Of a stretch of DNA of 64,000 bases, positions 10,115-19,117 are shown one piece after another (positions within the stretch are counted from its first letter, which is position 1; each line of letters begins with the position of its first letter). A program made the position numbers and the translations under genes. The notes below the pieces were generated by a model. It did no database searches. It was not told where the DNA came from and saw only the letters and a list, made by a program, of their open reading frames with translations. This DNA comes from Terriglobia bacterium (GTDB taxonomy: Bacteria > Acidobacteriota > Terriglobia > 20CM-2-55-15), in contig CAXWPJ010000012.1 in NCBI GenBank assembly GCA_963664115.2, positions 416,001 through 480,000 of the forward strand, given 5' to 3'.

Positions 10115-10927
10115 ATGCGAACATTTAAACTTACGGTTGCTGGAGTATTGATTACCTGTACGGTACTTGTGACGGCGCAGTGCGGCAGCATGCCTGTGGA
10201 AACGTCTGCGCCAGCGACGCCTCCAGCTGCGGCGGTCCCAGCTATCATCGAAGACCTTGTTGCCGCCAACCGCATCATCGCAGATCAGGGAGTCGTCGAC
10301 GGATATGGACACGTCAGCGTTCGGAACCCCGACAACCCAGACCAGTTTTTCCTGTCACGATCCATGGCTCCCGAGAGCGTGGTGGCGAGTGACATCCTCA
10401 CGCTGGATCTCGACGGCAACGTTCTCAATTCCGACCAAAACACGTACCAGGAGCGGTACATCCACAGCGAGATCTACAGACTGCGTCCGGACGTAAATTC
10501 CGTTGTCCATTCGCATGCACCCTCGGTGGTTCCATTCGGTACGACCACCGTTCCGCTTCGAGCAATGTTTCACATGTCCGCGTTCATTGGCCAGGGCCTG
10601 CCCATCTTTGAGATCCGAAACGCCGCGGGGATGACCAACATGCTGGTCTCAAACCAGGACATCGGGGCCGCTCTGGCCGAAACGCTCGGCGACCGGCCTG
10701 CGGTACTCATGCGCGGTCATGGCGCGGCCATCGCAGGGCCTTCCCTGCCGATCGCCGTTGGACAGAGCATCTATCTCGCGATCAATGCGACGATGCAGGC
10801 GCAGGCGATGAGTCTCGGCGGCCCGGTCACCTACCTCACTCCCGAGGAGGTCGAATTGACCGGCATTCCCGATAACTACCAGCGGGCCTGGACGCTGTGG
10901 AGACAGGCCGCCCTGGGCGAAAACTAG
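10115..10927 (+). CDS. Class II aldolase/adducin-family protein with export signal
   Basis: GYGHVSVR, ERYIHSEIY, VVHSH and LMRGHG motifs. Confidence 0.9.
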   Translation: MRTFKLTVAGVLITCTVLVTAQCGSMPVETSAPATPPAAAVPAIIEDLVAANRIIADQGVVDGYGHVSVRNPDNPDQFFLSRSMAPESVVASDILTLDLDGNVLNSDQNTYQERYIHSEIYRLRPDVNSVVHSHAPSVVPFGTTTVPLRAMFHMSAFIGQGLPIFEIRNAAGMTNMLVSNQDIGAALAETLGDRPAVLMRGHGAAIAGPSLPIAVGQSIYLAINATMQAQAMSLGGPVTYLTPEEVELTGIPDNYQRAWTLWRQAALGEN

Positions 10928-11069
10928 CTGCTTCGGAGCGGGTCGCCGGCTGATTCTTCTCCCCCGGAACCCGGATCGAAGGCCAGGGATCCCTGTCGTG
11001 ACAGCTTTGGCGTGCGTGGTGGAAAGAGACCGGGGGAAACCGACGCCATACCCGCCGGCGATGACAGGG

Positions 11070-11312
11070 TCAGTTCCCTTCTTTAAGCAGCAGCCGGGCT
11101 TCTTCCAGCAAGTCAGCGGGCACCAGGAAAGTCACAGGCCGGCCACGTGGGCCGAAAAACGTCCCGCGAAACGCCCCCCGAAATGCGTCGTACTGGTCCT
11201 CGCCACGAGCGATATAGGGGATGGCCGCTGCGTCAAGGAGTGACTTGATCACAGCCACCTGGGCCGGGCTTACCGTCTCAAATACGACCCTGAGGTCCGC
11301 CTCGTCCCCCAT
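11070..11312 (-). CDS. Small DUF2007-like putative signal-transduction protein
   Basis: IKSLLDAAAIPY...VPADLLEEARLLL pattern. Confidence 0.7.
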   Translation of the reverse strand: MGDEADLRVVFETVSPAQVAVIKSLLDAAAIPYIARGEDQYDAFRGAFRGTFFGPRGRPVTFLVPADLLEEARLLLKEGN

Positions 11313-11402
11313 CTGCTCTCCGATTTAAGGTCAACGTGCACGTATAGTATCGTGACGACAAGCGATCGGGGACCCGGACCGTCCTGCCTGGGTATGTTCC
11401 GT

Positions 11403-11849
11403 TTATTGGTCGGGCTGGTCCTGCCCCCGCCTGCGGTACCTCGGGTGGTACTGCTCATGACACGTGCGACACGAACTCTCGAGTTCCGCGTTCAAAGCGA
11501 TGATGGCGTCCAGATCATGGGCTTCTGCAGCCTCAAACGCTGCCGTTCCTACATCCACCAACACTTTCGCGTTCTTCACCCAGTCGTCCTGATCGATGGA
11601 ACGGCCTCCCATCATGAGCAGGTTTCCGGATTCCGCCAGAATCAGTGCGCTTCCCCGAAGCAGGTTCCACTCGTAGTCGTTGGTAGGGGGCGCTCTCATT
11701 ACATAGAAAATCTCGTCCGACTTCGGATAGATGATATCCACCATGAGTTCGCTTATGGAGGCCACGGGTTCAAAGGACGGTTCCTGTGCGGCGGTCTGTC
11801 CTACCGAAAGCAGGCAGAGGGTCAGAGTCAGCAAACCGATCATTCGCAT
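11403..11849 (-). CDS. Cytochrome c'-like (class II) monoheme protein
   Basis: C-terminal CRTCHEQY; helical body; signal peptide; AGGAG RBS. Confidence 0.8.
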   Translation of the reverse strand: MRMIGLLTLTLCLLSVGQTAAQEPSFEPVASISELMVDIIYPKSDEIFYVMRAPPTNDYEWNLLRGSALILAESGNLLMMGGRSIDQDDWVKNAKVLVDVGTAAFEAAEAHDLDAIIALNAELESSCRTCHEQYHPRYRRRGQDQPDQ

Positions 11850-12007
11850 AGCAGCTCCTTCGGGAATCTTTGGCAGCAATTCTAGCACTGCCGGCGACCA
11901 AGTCTGATCGAGACTTTTGAGGCCGTCCCGTCTTGTGAAGTCGAAACCGGTGTGAGATTCCAGTTCCAACTTCCAACGCTGGGCCAACAAAATCGAAATT
12001 ACAGTTG

Positions 12008-12118
12008 TCAACGTCCGACAAGATGATTTCGCAGGACTTGAACTTGAAATTATGGCGCCGGCACCCGTTCCTTAAGTTTTTCAAACGAGGTGTGAACAAC
12101 GACGATCTGTTGCTGTTC
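12008..12118 (-). repeat. Kinase-junction module (C-tail and palindrome)
   Basis: Reads EQQQIVVVHTSFEKLKERVPAP*. The 34 bp at 12008-12041 are identical to 15021-15054. Confidence 0.8.
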
Positions 12119-12177
12119 AGATGAGTTCGGCGACCAAGAATCAACTTCGACGTGAGAAAGGCTCTGACGGGCTACAC

Positions 12178-13239
12178 TCAGTCGTTGCCGGCCGTCAACA
12201 GGTTATACGCCGCCTCGACGTTGCGGTCGCGTTGCGGGACGTAGTTGGGAAGATCGCCGTAGTCGCCGAGCGCGTCGCTCGCCAACAGGTCTTCCAGCGA
12301 CGTTTCCGACTCCACCGCGCCGGTGATGGCGGCCTGGAGATCCTCGAAGAACTCCCGGTATGCGGTGAAGTCCGCTTTCGTGCCGACACTGCTGTGGCCG
12401 GGTGAAACAATATCGAAGTCCAGTGCTTCGACTCGCTGGAGTGAGTCGATCCACTGTGACAGCGTCCCGGTGCCGGGGAACCCCAGAGCGAGCCGCTTGA
12501 CGTTGATGAAATCCACCCCGTAGATCACTCGCTCCTCGGGAAACAGGAGCACCGTCGCGTCGATGGAATGGTTCGGTCCGGGATGGATGAGCTCCACGGT
12601 CTTGCCGCCCAGCGTGATCGTCAGGCGCTCGGAGTAGAGCATCTCCGGCCCCAGCACGTCCGCCAGTATCTCCCCCGCATCGAGATAGCCGTCGGCATTG
12701 GTGTCGAACGCATCGAAGTAGGGCGCCAGGTCGCCGCTGGCTTCGTTTCTATCGAGCCGCTGATCGCCGTCGGCATCGACCAGCGTCACTTGGACGGGAA
12801 AGCCGGCTATCGCATCCTCGAGCGCGATGGGCAGGTTCGCGTGCCCCACAAAGGTCGCCGTTTCGTCGAATACCCGGCCGCCGGAGGCATGATCCCAGTG
12901 ATAATGGCTGTAGAGCACGTAGCGCACGGGCACCCCGAACCGCTGTGCCAGTTCACCCTCCAGCCAGGTTGCGAAGTCGGCGTTGAGCGGGTCGGCAAGG
13001 ATGATCCCCTCGGCGGTGACGAGGAACACCGTGAAATGGGTGCCGTCCTGTGCACGGTAGAGATCCCCGGCGATCGGCACGATCTCCCGGGCAGGCTCCT
13101 CGCTCTGGGCTTGACCCGCCGGCGGCGGCGCGTCACCGGTGGAGAGGTCGGCCGGCTGATCGCTCCCTTGCTGCGAGCACGCGGCAAGGAATAGCAGCAG
13201 ACCCACGAGTAGCATCGGTGCGGCATATCTCATCATCAT
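12178..13239 (-). CDS. MBL-fold lipoprotein with an inserted EF-hand pair
   Basis: Lipobox LAAC; HYHWDH; EF-hand loops DADGDQRLDRNE and DTNADGYLDAGE; SPGHS. Confidence 0.85.
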   Translation of the reverse strand: MMMRYAAPMLLVGLLLFLAACSQQGSDQPADLSTGDAPPPAGQAQSEEPAREIVPIAGDLYRAQDGTHFTVFLVTAEGIILADPLNADFATWLEGELAQRFGVPVRYVLYSHYHWDHASGGRVFDETATFVGHANLPIALEDAIAGFPVQVTLVDADGDQRLDRNEASGDLAPYFDAFDTNADGYLDAGEILADVLGPEMLYSERLTITLGGKTVELIHPGPNHSIDATVLLFPEERVIYGVDFINVKRLALGFPGTGTLSQWIDSLQRVEALDFDIVSPGHSSVGTKADFTAYREFFEDLQAAITGAVESETSLEDLLASDALGDYGDLPNYVPQRDRNVEAAYNLLTAGND

Positions 13240-13480
13240 TAACTATCCCCGGCAACGTGCCGATCTGATCGGTGATCTGGCATGGACCTAGACGTGTATC
13301 CGCCTCGATGGACGCGCAACTCCTCTAAACGAGCTCGCACGTAAAACTCACAGAACTATATAGAGCGCGCGGGATGGGGGTCAAAGGAAAAGTGTTGCTC
13401 ACCACTCCACCAACGTCTTCTCCTCAACCTCCCGAAAGCACTTCGGGCGCTTCGCGGGCTCCGGGGGCAGGCCACGTCGA

Positions 13481-13546
13481 ATTAATAGCAGGGTTCAGGT
13501 ATTACAGTTCTCAACGTCCGAGAAGATGATTTGTCGGGACTTGAAC
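13481..13546 (-). repeat. Kinase-junction palindrome copy
   Basis: ATTACAGTTCTCAACGTCCGAGAAGATGATTTGTCGGGACTTGAA, similar to the 12008 and 18428 copies. Confidence 0.75.
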
Positions 13547-13590
13547 CGTCATCTGCCTCCCTTAACTTCCCCGAAGCCGACTTCTCGGTC

Positions 13591-13623
13591 GTAGGCGGGC
13601 TGCATCATCACTACGAGCGGCGT
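13591..13623 (+). pseudogene. Possible remnant of an rve-type integrase/transposase C-terminus
   Basis: Reads VGGLHHHYERR; very short. Confidence 0.35.
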
Positions 13624-13968
13624 GATGTGTAATCGATGTGCTCTTTCTGTCGGGCAGGGTCCGGAGCGCCATGTCCGGGCCGGGCTAGCTGCCGGGGATC
13701 GGGGATCGATCCGGGTGCACTTGCCAGGTCATTCGCAATGCTGCGCCTTTCATCGAACTGTCCGTCGTTGTAAACAGCCGTAAAGAGTGGCTGGATGCGT
13801 TTTGGCGAATGACGCCTGCCCGGTAAAGCTCAACTCCCGATACCTCTTGGATAACGTGATGGGAGCTCCGCATGGGAGCTCCGCATTGCGTGCGCCGGGG
13901 AACGGGGAGTACACTCAGCGCAGTTATTTCCATGCCTCGGGCCCGGTGCCACGAAAAGGGAGGTCTTC

Positions 13969-14706
13969 ATGCGACGTTCAGTGACGGTAAACACAACGAT
14001 TGGATTGATTGCGGTATTCGGTATGTTCGGGATGCTTTCCGGCGCCTTGGCCCAGGAGACCCCGGCGCAGATGGTGGCCCCGCTGTTCCTGAAAGTGGAT
14101 TGGGTGCGGCCGGCTAGCCAGGAAGACACCTCCCTCCGCTACACGCCGGTTCAGGAAAACATCGCCGATCCGAACGTGGAGATCCACTATTACGGGCCGG
14201 GAGCCAAGCAGATCCTGACCACGGGCAATCCGGAGAGCGACGTTCGGCCCTACGGCGTGTGGACGGGGACGGCCGAAGGTCCCTTTGCCATCACCTTCGG
14301 GATGAAGAACGGCAACTATGTCGATCTCACCGGCCTGGCCAACGTCCGGTGGTTCACGAAGACTTCGGGTTTCCATGTCGTGCGTCCCGTCGTAAAGCTG
14401 GCCGACGGCACCCTGCTGGTCGGCGACCGGACTTTCTCTTCGGTGCCTAAGCTCACCCTAAGCGAGTTCTCCCTGACCGATATTCGCTGGATCAAGCTGG
14501 AGCCGGAGCGCATGGTCACGGTCAACAGCGGCCGGTCCCCGACGAACGAAGTCTGGGCCCCCAATCCGGACCTCACCCGCGTCGCGGAAGTCGGCTTCGC
14601 CGACCTGTATCCCGGCAGCGGCCACGGAACCGGCGGGTATATCCACCTCGCCGGGATCGAGGTCTACGGCAAGACCGTGCCGCGAGGGGCGAGGAGCAGC
14701 CGTTAG
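13969..14706 (+). CDS. Exported hypothetical protein (beta-rich)
   Basis: 245-aa ORF with GGAGG RBS and signal peptide; high GC at third codon positions. Confidence 0.75.
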   Translation: MRRSVTVNTTIGLIAVFGMFGMLSGALAQETPAQMVAPLFLKVDWVRPASQEDTSLRYTPVQENIADPNVEIHYYGPGAKQILTTGNPESDVRPYGVWTGTAEGPFAITFGMKNGNYVDLTGLANVRWFTKTSGFHVVRPVVKLADGTLLVGDRTFSSVPKLTLSEFSLTDIRWIKLEPERMVTVNSGRSPTNEVWAPNPDLTRVAEVGFADLYPGSGHGTGGYIHLAGIEVYGKTVPRGARSSR

Positions 14707-14942
14707 GCTTTTTCTCGAAGCGGTCTTGGGCGATCCAAGAACGGTCGCGCCCACCGAGTGCCCTTGGCTTCACGTTCAAACCGTGCGAGGCGATCTGCAT
14801 CCTTCGCAAACTCTTCGGGCAGAGTCTTGATAGCAATTTCACGCCCGAGTTTCGTGCCACGCGCACGCCACACTTCCCCCATTCCGCCCTTACCCCGGAG
14901 GCTCAGGACTTCGTAGTGACCAAGTTTGGTGCCTGATTCCAT
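14703..14942 (-). pseudogene. Truncated Ser/Thr protein kinase N-terminus (subdomains I-III)
   Basis: GKGGMGEVWRA...REIAIKTLP...RLARFEREAK, after which similarity is lost at ~14763. Confidence 0.9.
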
Positions 14943-15140
14943 GATCTAGTGTGCAGTTGAAATGACCGAGAAAAACTCGGTAAAGGATACTAAAGCAGGA
15001 AGTTAGGCGCTATCAAATCCTCAACGTCCGACAAGATGATTTCGCAGGACTTGAGAATGGATTTCGAAGGTTCTACGGGACTGGCTCCTGTTGCTTCAGT
15101 TCTTCAAACCAGTTCCCGACGACGTTGATTTGGAGTGGCA
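14943..15140 (-). repeat. Best-preserved kinase-junction module
   Basis: PLQINVVGNWFEELKQQEPVP* (stop at 15073-75), palindrome 15020-15055, TTGATA...TAGTAT promoter-like element, then the kinase ATG at 14942. Confidence 0.85.
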
Positions 15141-15192
15141 GCGGTTCTCTGGGTCCTCCGGTTTCGGTGCGAGATGATTTTCCTTTAGACTT

Positions 15193-16053
15193 TTACTCTG
15201 GTGGCTCGACCACAGGACGAATAATGTTCCCGTTCTCATCTTGATATACCGCTTGTTCCAGGCCGGACCCGCCGATGGTGGGCTGAAGGTGCTCGACGTC
15301 CCTTTCGTAGTCCATGCAGGCATGAGACATAATCCGGTCCGGAGCCGTCACGCGCTGAAGCGTCTGCATTGTCGTAAACGGCTTCACGAAAAACACGGGA
15401 TCGGTATGCGTCACCGTGTACTCGATCGTGTTTGGGTCGGCCAGGTGAAATCGTTCGGTGAGATGCAGCTGGTCACTGTGTTCGTGACCGGAAATGTCCA
15501 GCCACGTTCGGTCATTGATGCTCACTGTGTCCACAACCAGCGTGTCTCCCTCCCACTTGCCGAGCGCGTGCCCCGTCCATTCCGGATAGTCATGAATGTA
15601 TTCGGGATGATCCCGCCCATCCGTATAGATCAGGCGGAAGGTGTACTGAGATTCGCTGAGGATTACGAGCACGTCAGGGCGCTGAACAAACATGGTGGGA
15701 TGGCTACGGATGACCATCCTGGACGGACCCGGGGGGAGGCAGAATGTATTGGGATCCTGAGCGTGGTCGACGGTCTGATATCTTTCGTATCCATATGCGG
15801 TGAGAATCATTTCATCACCCGGCACAGTGACCTGGGAGAGGTCCCTGGCAGTCCGTCCAGTCCAAACACCGCTGAGGTCCACGGGTCCGATATCCACGGG
15901 TCCAGATGGAGAGTCTTCTCCCAAATACCACCAGGCACCCTCCAACCCAGATCCGGGCGCACTCAATTGCGCCTGGGCAGGGATCACCACGAGGATTAAA
16001 GCGCAGAACTGTGCCCACGCGGCAAAAGTTAAAACCGAAAAACGCTTGCTCAT
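15193..16053 (-). CDS. Exported 'WEGDTLVVD'-family hypothetical protein (DUF6152 partner)
   Basis: DLSGVW, DPNTFCLPPG, IYTDGRDHP, GKWEGDTLVVDT and HSDQLHLTERF motifs. Confidence 0.8.
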   Translation of the reverse strand: MSKRFSVLTFAAWAQFCALILVVIPAQAQLSAPGSGLEGAWWYLGEDSPSGPVDIGPVDLSGVWTGRTARDLSQVTVPGDEMILTAYGYERYQTVDHAQDPNTFCLPPGPSRMVIRSHPTMFVQRPDVLVILSESQYTFRLIYTDGRDHPEYIHDYPEWTGHALGKWEGDTLVVDTVSINDRTWLDISGHEHSDQLHLTERFHLADPNTIEYTVTHTDPVFFVKPFTTMQTLQRVTAPDRIMSHACMDYERDVEHLQPTIGGSGLEQAVYQDENGNIIRPVVEPPE

Positions 16054-16231
16054 GCTGAGCCTCCATATCGAATCACGATTCTGCTTCGAGGGATCCAGAC
16101 CGGGATTCGACTCGCCTAACATCTGATTTTAATTCGTGCTGTCCAATGCAAACGCTGCCGCACGTCGCCATCGCCCAAAGTCTCTGACGGTGACGCTGTC
16201 GGGAGCGACCTTGGCTCCTGAATAGTTGTCT

Positions 16232-16663
16232 CTAGTTGTTGCCTCTAGGCCCGGTAGGTCCTCTATCGTTGGCCGAACCTCCGTACACCCGACGACCATC
16301 GGGCATCGTCACGTTCCGCCCGTTGATGAGGTTCGACCCGTCTCTGGCTCGGAAGCCCTCCACTCTGACGCTATCTCCAATCTTCAGATCGTCTTTGCGC
16401 CAGCCTCTCCTGAACAGATTGTTCGGCGTGCCACCCTCGATGGCCCAATTCTCCACCGCGCCGCTTTCGTCTTCTACATCCACGAACAAGTAGATGTGCG
16501 GATTCCTCCACTGCACTTCCGTGATTTGGCCTTCTACCGTAATGGGCGCATTCGAATCGTATTGGGCCGCGAACGAATGGTGTGCCTCGAGGGAGAGTCC
16601 TCCCAGGAACAGGGCCACACCCACGGCGAATGCACCCGACCACGCTGGTTTCGTTAGCTTCAT
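16232..16663 (-). CDS. DUF6152-family exported protein
   Basis: Signal peptide, then A|HHSFAAQYD; WRNPH; ENWAIEG. Confidence 0.8.
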   Translation of the reverse strand: MKLTKPAWSGAFAVGVALFLGGLSLEAHHSFAAQYDSNAPITVEGQITEVQWRNPHIYLFVDVEDESGAVENWAIEGGTPNNLFRRGWRKDDLKIGDSVRVEGFRARDGSNLINGRNVTMPDGRRVYGGSANDRGPTGPRGNN

Positions 16664-16849
16664 CGAGCCCTCCAGACTGAAATCCGTTTTGGGGTTGCTG
16701 CGCTTCCTCGACTGAGATGCCCGCTAGATCTAACTACAGGTGGGATGTGTAAGCAAGAAAAGTCTCAAGAGAAAAGTCTCAAGAGCATTAGGAGAAAATA
16801 AGAGCCCTCCCCCCGATAATGATTGGGGAAACAGCGCCGACTCCAACGT

Positions 16850-17190
16850 CAGATCCAGCGGTAGCCGTCCTTTCTCTAACCCAGCCGTCAGAGTGTCCCT
16901 TTCGACACATTCCATGACGACGTAGTGTGTGGGGTCCTGTTCGCCAACATCGTGAAGGGTGCAGATATCAGGATGGTTCAGGCTGCTTAGAGCGGTGGTT
17001 CACGGCAACGGAGTTGGTAGAGGTGTGGGGCCGCTGGCCGTCCGGCGAGACATCACTGTGGAAATCCAGGCGAGGTCGTGACATCGTGGGGTCTGAAGAA
17101 CCGCATCGCAAGTTCTCGTTTCGCTGTGCCAGCTTAAACGCGGCTGACGTTTCGGAACGTGTAGTTCGTGCGGCAACCCTATGAGCGCTG
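16850..17190 (-). pseudogene. Scrambled Ser/Thr kinase fragments
   Basis: DVSPDGQR (~17030-17053, typical of the C-terminal WD/PD40 region) lies upstream of LSSLNHPDICTLHDVGEQDPTHYVVMECVERDTLTAGLEKGRLPLD (subdomains IV-V). Confidence 0.75.
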
Positions 17191-17256
17191 CGGGGAGCGC
17201 GATACCCCGTGGATCAAAAACAGAACGTGCGTTTAATGGAAAAGGTGAGCATTGCG

Positions 17257-18330
17257 ATGTCTATTTCACGATTAGCGAGACCTTGGTTTGGGGCAACAAT
17301 AGTCATTGGGATTGCACTGCTGGGAGGCCGCGTCTACACGCAGGATGTTCAGCCCGTAAACAGTGGCGCGAATCCGTATCGCACCATTCGAAATTGGGGC
17401 ATGTTACCGGAGGAAAGACCGTGGGGGGCCGCGAACGGCGTCGACATCGACCCCGACGGTCAGTCCGTCTGGGTGGCCGACCGATGCGGAACACGCGAGG
17501 GCTGTGTCGGGTCCCAAGTGGACCCGATTCAGAAGTTCGACGAGTCAGGAAACCTGCTCGCGAGCTTCGGCGGAGGCATGTTCGTGTGGCCGCATGGTCT
17601 CCACGTCGACCAGGATGGAAATGTGTGGGTGGCTGACTCGCGACGCCCGACCGCAGAAGAGCTCCAGACGTTTCCCGGAGAAAAAGACAAGGGCAGCGTG
17701 GTGGTCAAGTTCAGCCCGGAGGGCGAGGTCCTCATGACGCTGGGGCAGTTCGGCGTGGCCGGCAGTCCGCCCGATGCCTTGACCGACCCGATCGACGTTG
17801 TGACCGCTCCAAACGGCGACATTTACGTGACCGAGAGCCATACCAGGGGCCAGGACCCGGACGTCGTCGGACGCATCTCGGTGTTCGACAGCACCGGGCA
17901 GTTCATCAAAACCATCGGGAAATTGGGGACCGGGCCGGGCGAGTTCCGAAGACCCCACGGCATCGTGTTCGACTCGCTTGGCCGCCTGATCGTTGCCGAC
18001 CGGCAGAACCACCGCATCCAGATCCTGGACACGGACGGAAATTATATTGGTGAATACCGAGAGTTCGGCCGCGTGAGTGGGCTGACCATCGATCAGGACG
18101 ACACGATTTATACGAGCGACTCCGAATCAAACGCGAGCAATCACCCAGGCTGGCGCAGGGGGATCCGGATCGGGAGCCTCAAAGACGGCAAAGTGACGAT
18201 GTTCATTCCTGGCCACGAAACGGATTCCCCCGAAGGCGCTGCCGGGGAAGGAATCGCGCTCGACGCCGCCGGCAATCTGTACACTGCAGAAGCAACAGTG
18301 ACGGGAGTGACAAAGTACGTCAGGGATTAG
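17257..18330 (+). CDS. NHL-repeat protein, peptidyl-alpha-hydroxyglycine lyase-like
   Basis: FVWPHGLHVDQDGNVWVAD and EFRRPHGIVFDSLGRLIVADRQNHRIQ repeats. Start uncertain. Confidence 0.85.
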   Translation: MSISRLARPWFGATIVIGIALLGGRVYTQDVQPVNSGANPYRTIRNWGMLPEERPWGAANGVDIDPDGQSVWVADRCGTREGCVGSQVDPIQKFDESGNLLASFGGGMFVWPHGLHVDQDGNVWVADSRRPTAEELQTFPGEKDKGSVVVKFSPEGEVLMTLGQFGVAGSPPDALTDPIDVVTAPNGDIYVTESHTRGQDPDVVGRISVFDSTGQFIKTIGKLGTGPGEFRRPHGIVFDSLGRLIVADRQNHRIQILDTDGNYIGEYREFGRVSGLTIDQDDTIYTSDSESNASNHPGWRRGIRIGSLKDGKVTMFIPGHETDSPEGAAGEGIALDAAGNLYTAEATVTGVTKYVRD

Positions 18331-18399
18331 AGGCCATTCGTGAGGCACTGGGCCAACGATGTGTCGGATTAGAACTGAGGTCGTTGGGGAAGGTCTAGC

Positions 18400-18527
18400 A
18401 AGAAGGGTAGATAGCAAGGCAACGAAATTCTCGAGATCCGAGAAGATGATTCATCGGGACTTGACCTTGAAAATCAGGACACCGGGACCCGTTCCTTCAG
18501 TTCTTCAAACCAGTTCAGGACGGTGTT
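18400..18527 (-). repeat. Kinase-junction module (C-tail and palindrome)
   Basis: NTVLNWFEELKERVPVS* (stop at 18474-76); palindrome at 18431-18464. Confidence 0.85.
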
Positions 18528-19117
18528 CCCCGCCGTTCACTGTCACGAAACCACCGGTGATCTTGCCCGTCTCAGCCTTGGCAGCGCCGGCATCAACAGG
18601 GGATAGAGGCGCGTCGACGTCACCAGGCCTCCCATGATTACGACTGCCATGGGTTTTCGGTTTCATAGCCCCGAGCAGTGCCCGCCATTGCGATAGGCGA
18701 AGGCGCCAGAGCGGTCATCAATGCGGTCATCAGAATGGAGGCCAAACGTTCCTGGGCTCCTCAAACGGGCAACTCCGTCCCGGGCATCTAAGTCGAGTTT
18801 CGCCTGGAAGGGCGCTTGGCAGCGGTTTGTGACTGATTCTGGAGATGGGCGTAGTTCATTGATCCGTTTAGCCGCCACAGGCTTTCTCTCAGATTGAGAG
18901 TTACGACCGTCTGCCCGAAGAGCCCTGGCGCGGGACGGCTGTGGGGGGCGACAAGTTCGACGATCGATTAAATTGACTTGAGGGTGAGCCGGGATATAAT
19001 TTCGCCCGCGGGCACGACCGAGCCACGGTCGAGCAACGTTCAGCGCGACAGCGTCTCCAAACAAACACCTAGACACGCCATGCTTCAACTGGCAGACCAG
19101 TCACGAGGGTCAAACTA

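Noticed and set aside
18530-19090. Short ORFs in the spacer before the ThDP enzyme (similarly at 7000-7330, 9720-10050 and 26700-27030)
   Set aside because: No recognisable motifs or consistent RBS; probably decayed DNA that I cannot assign.
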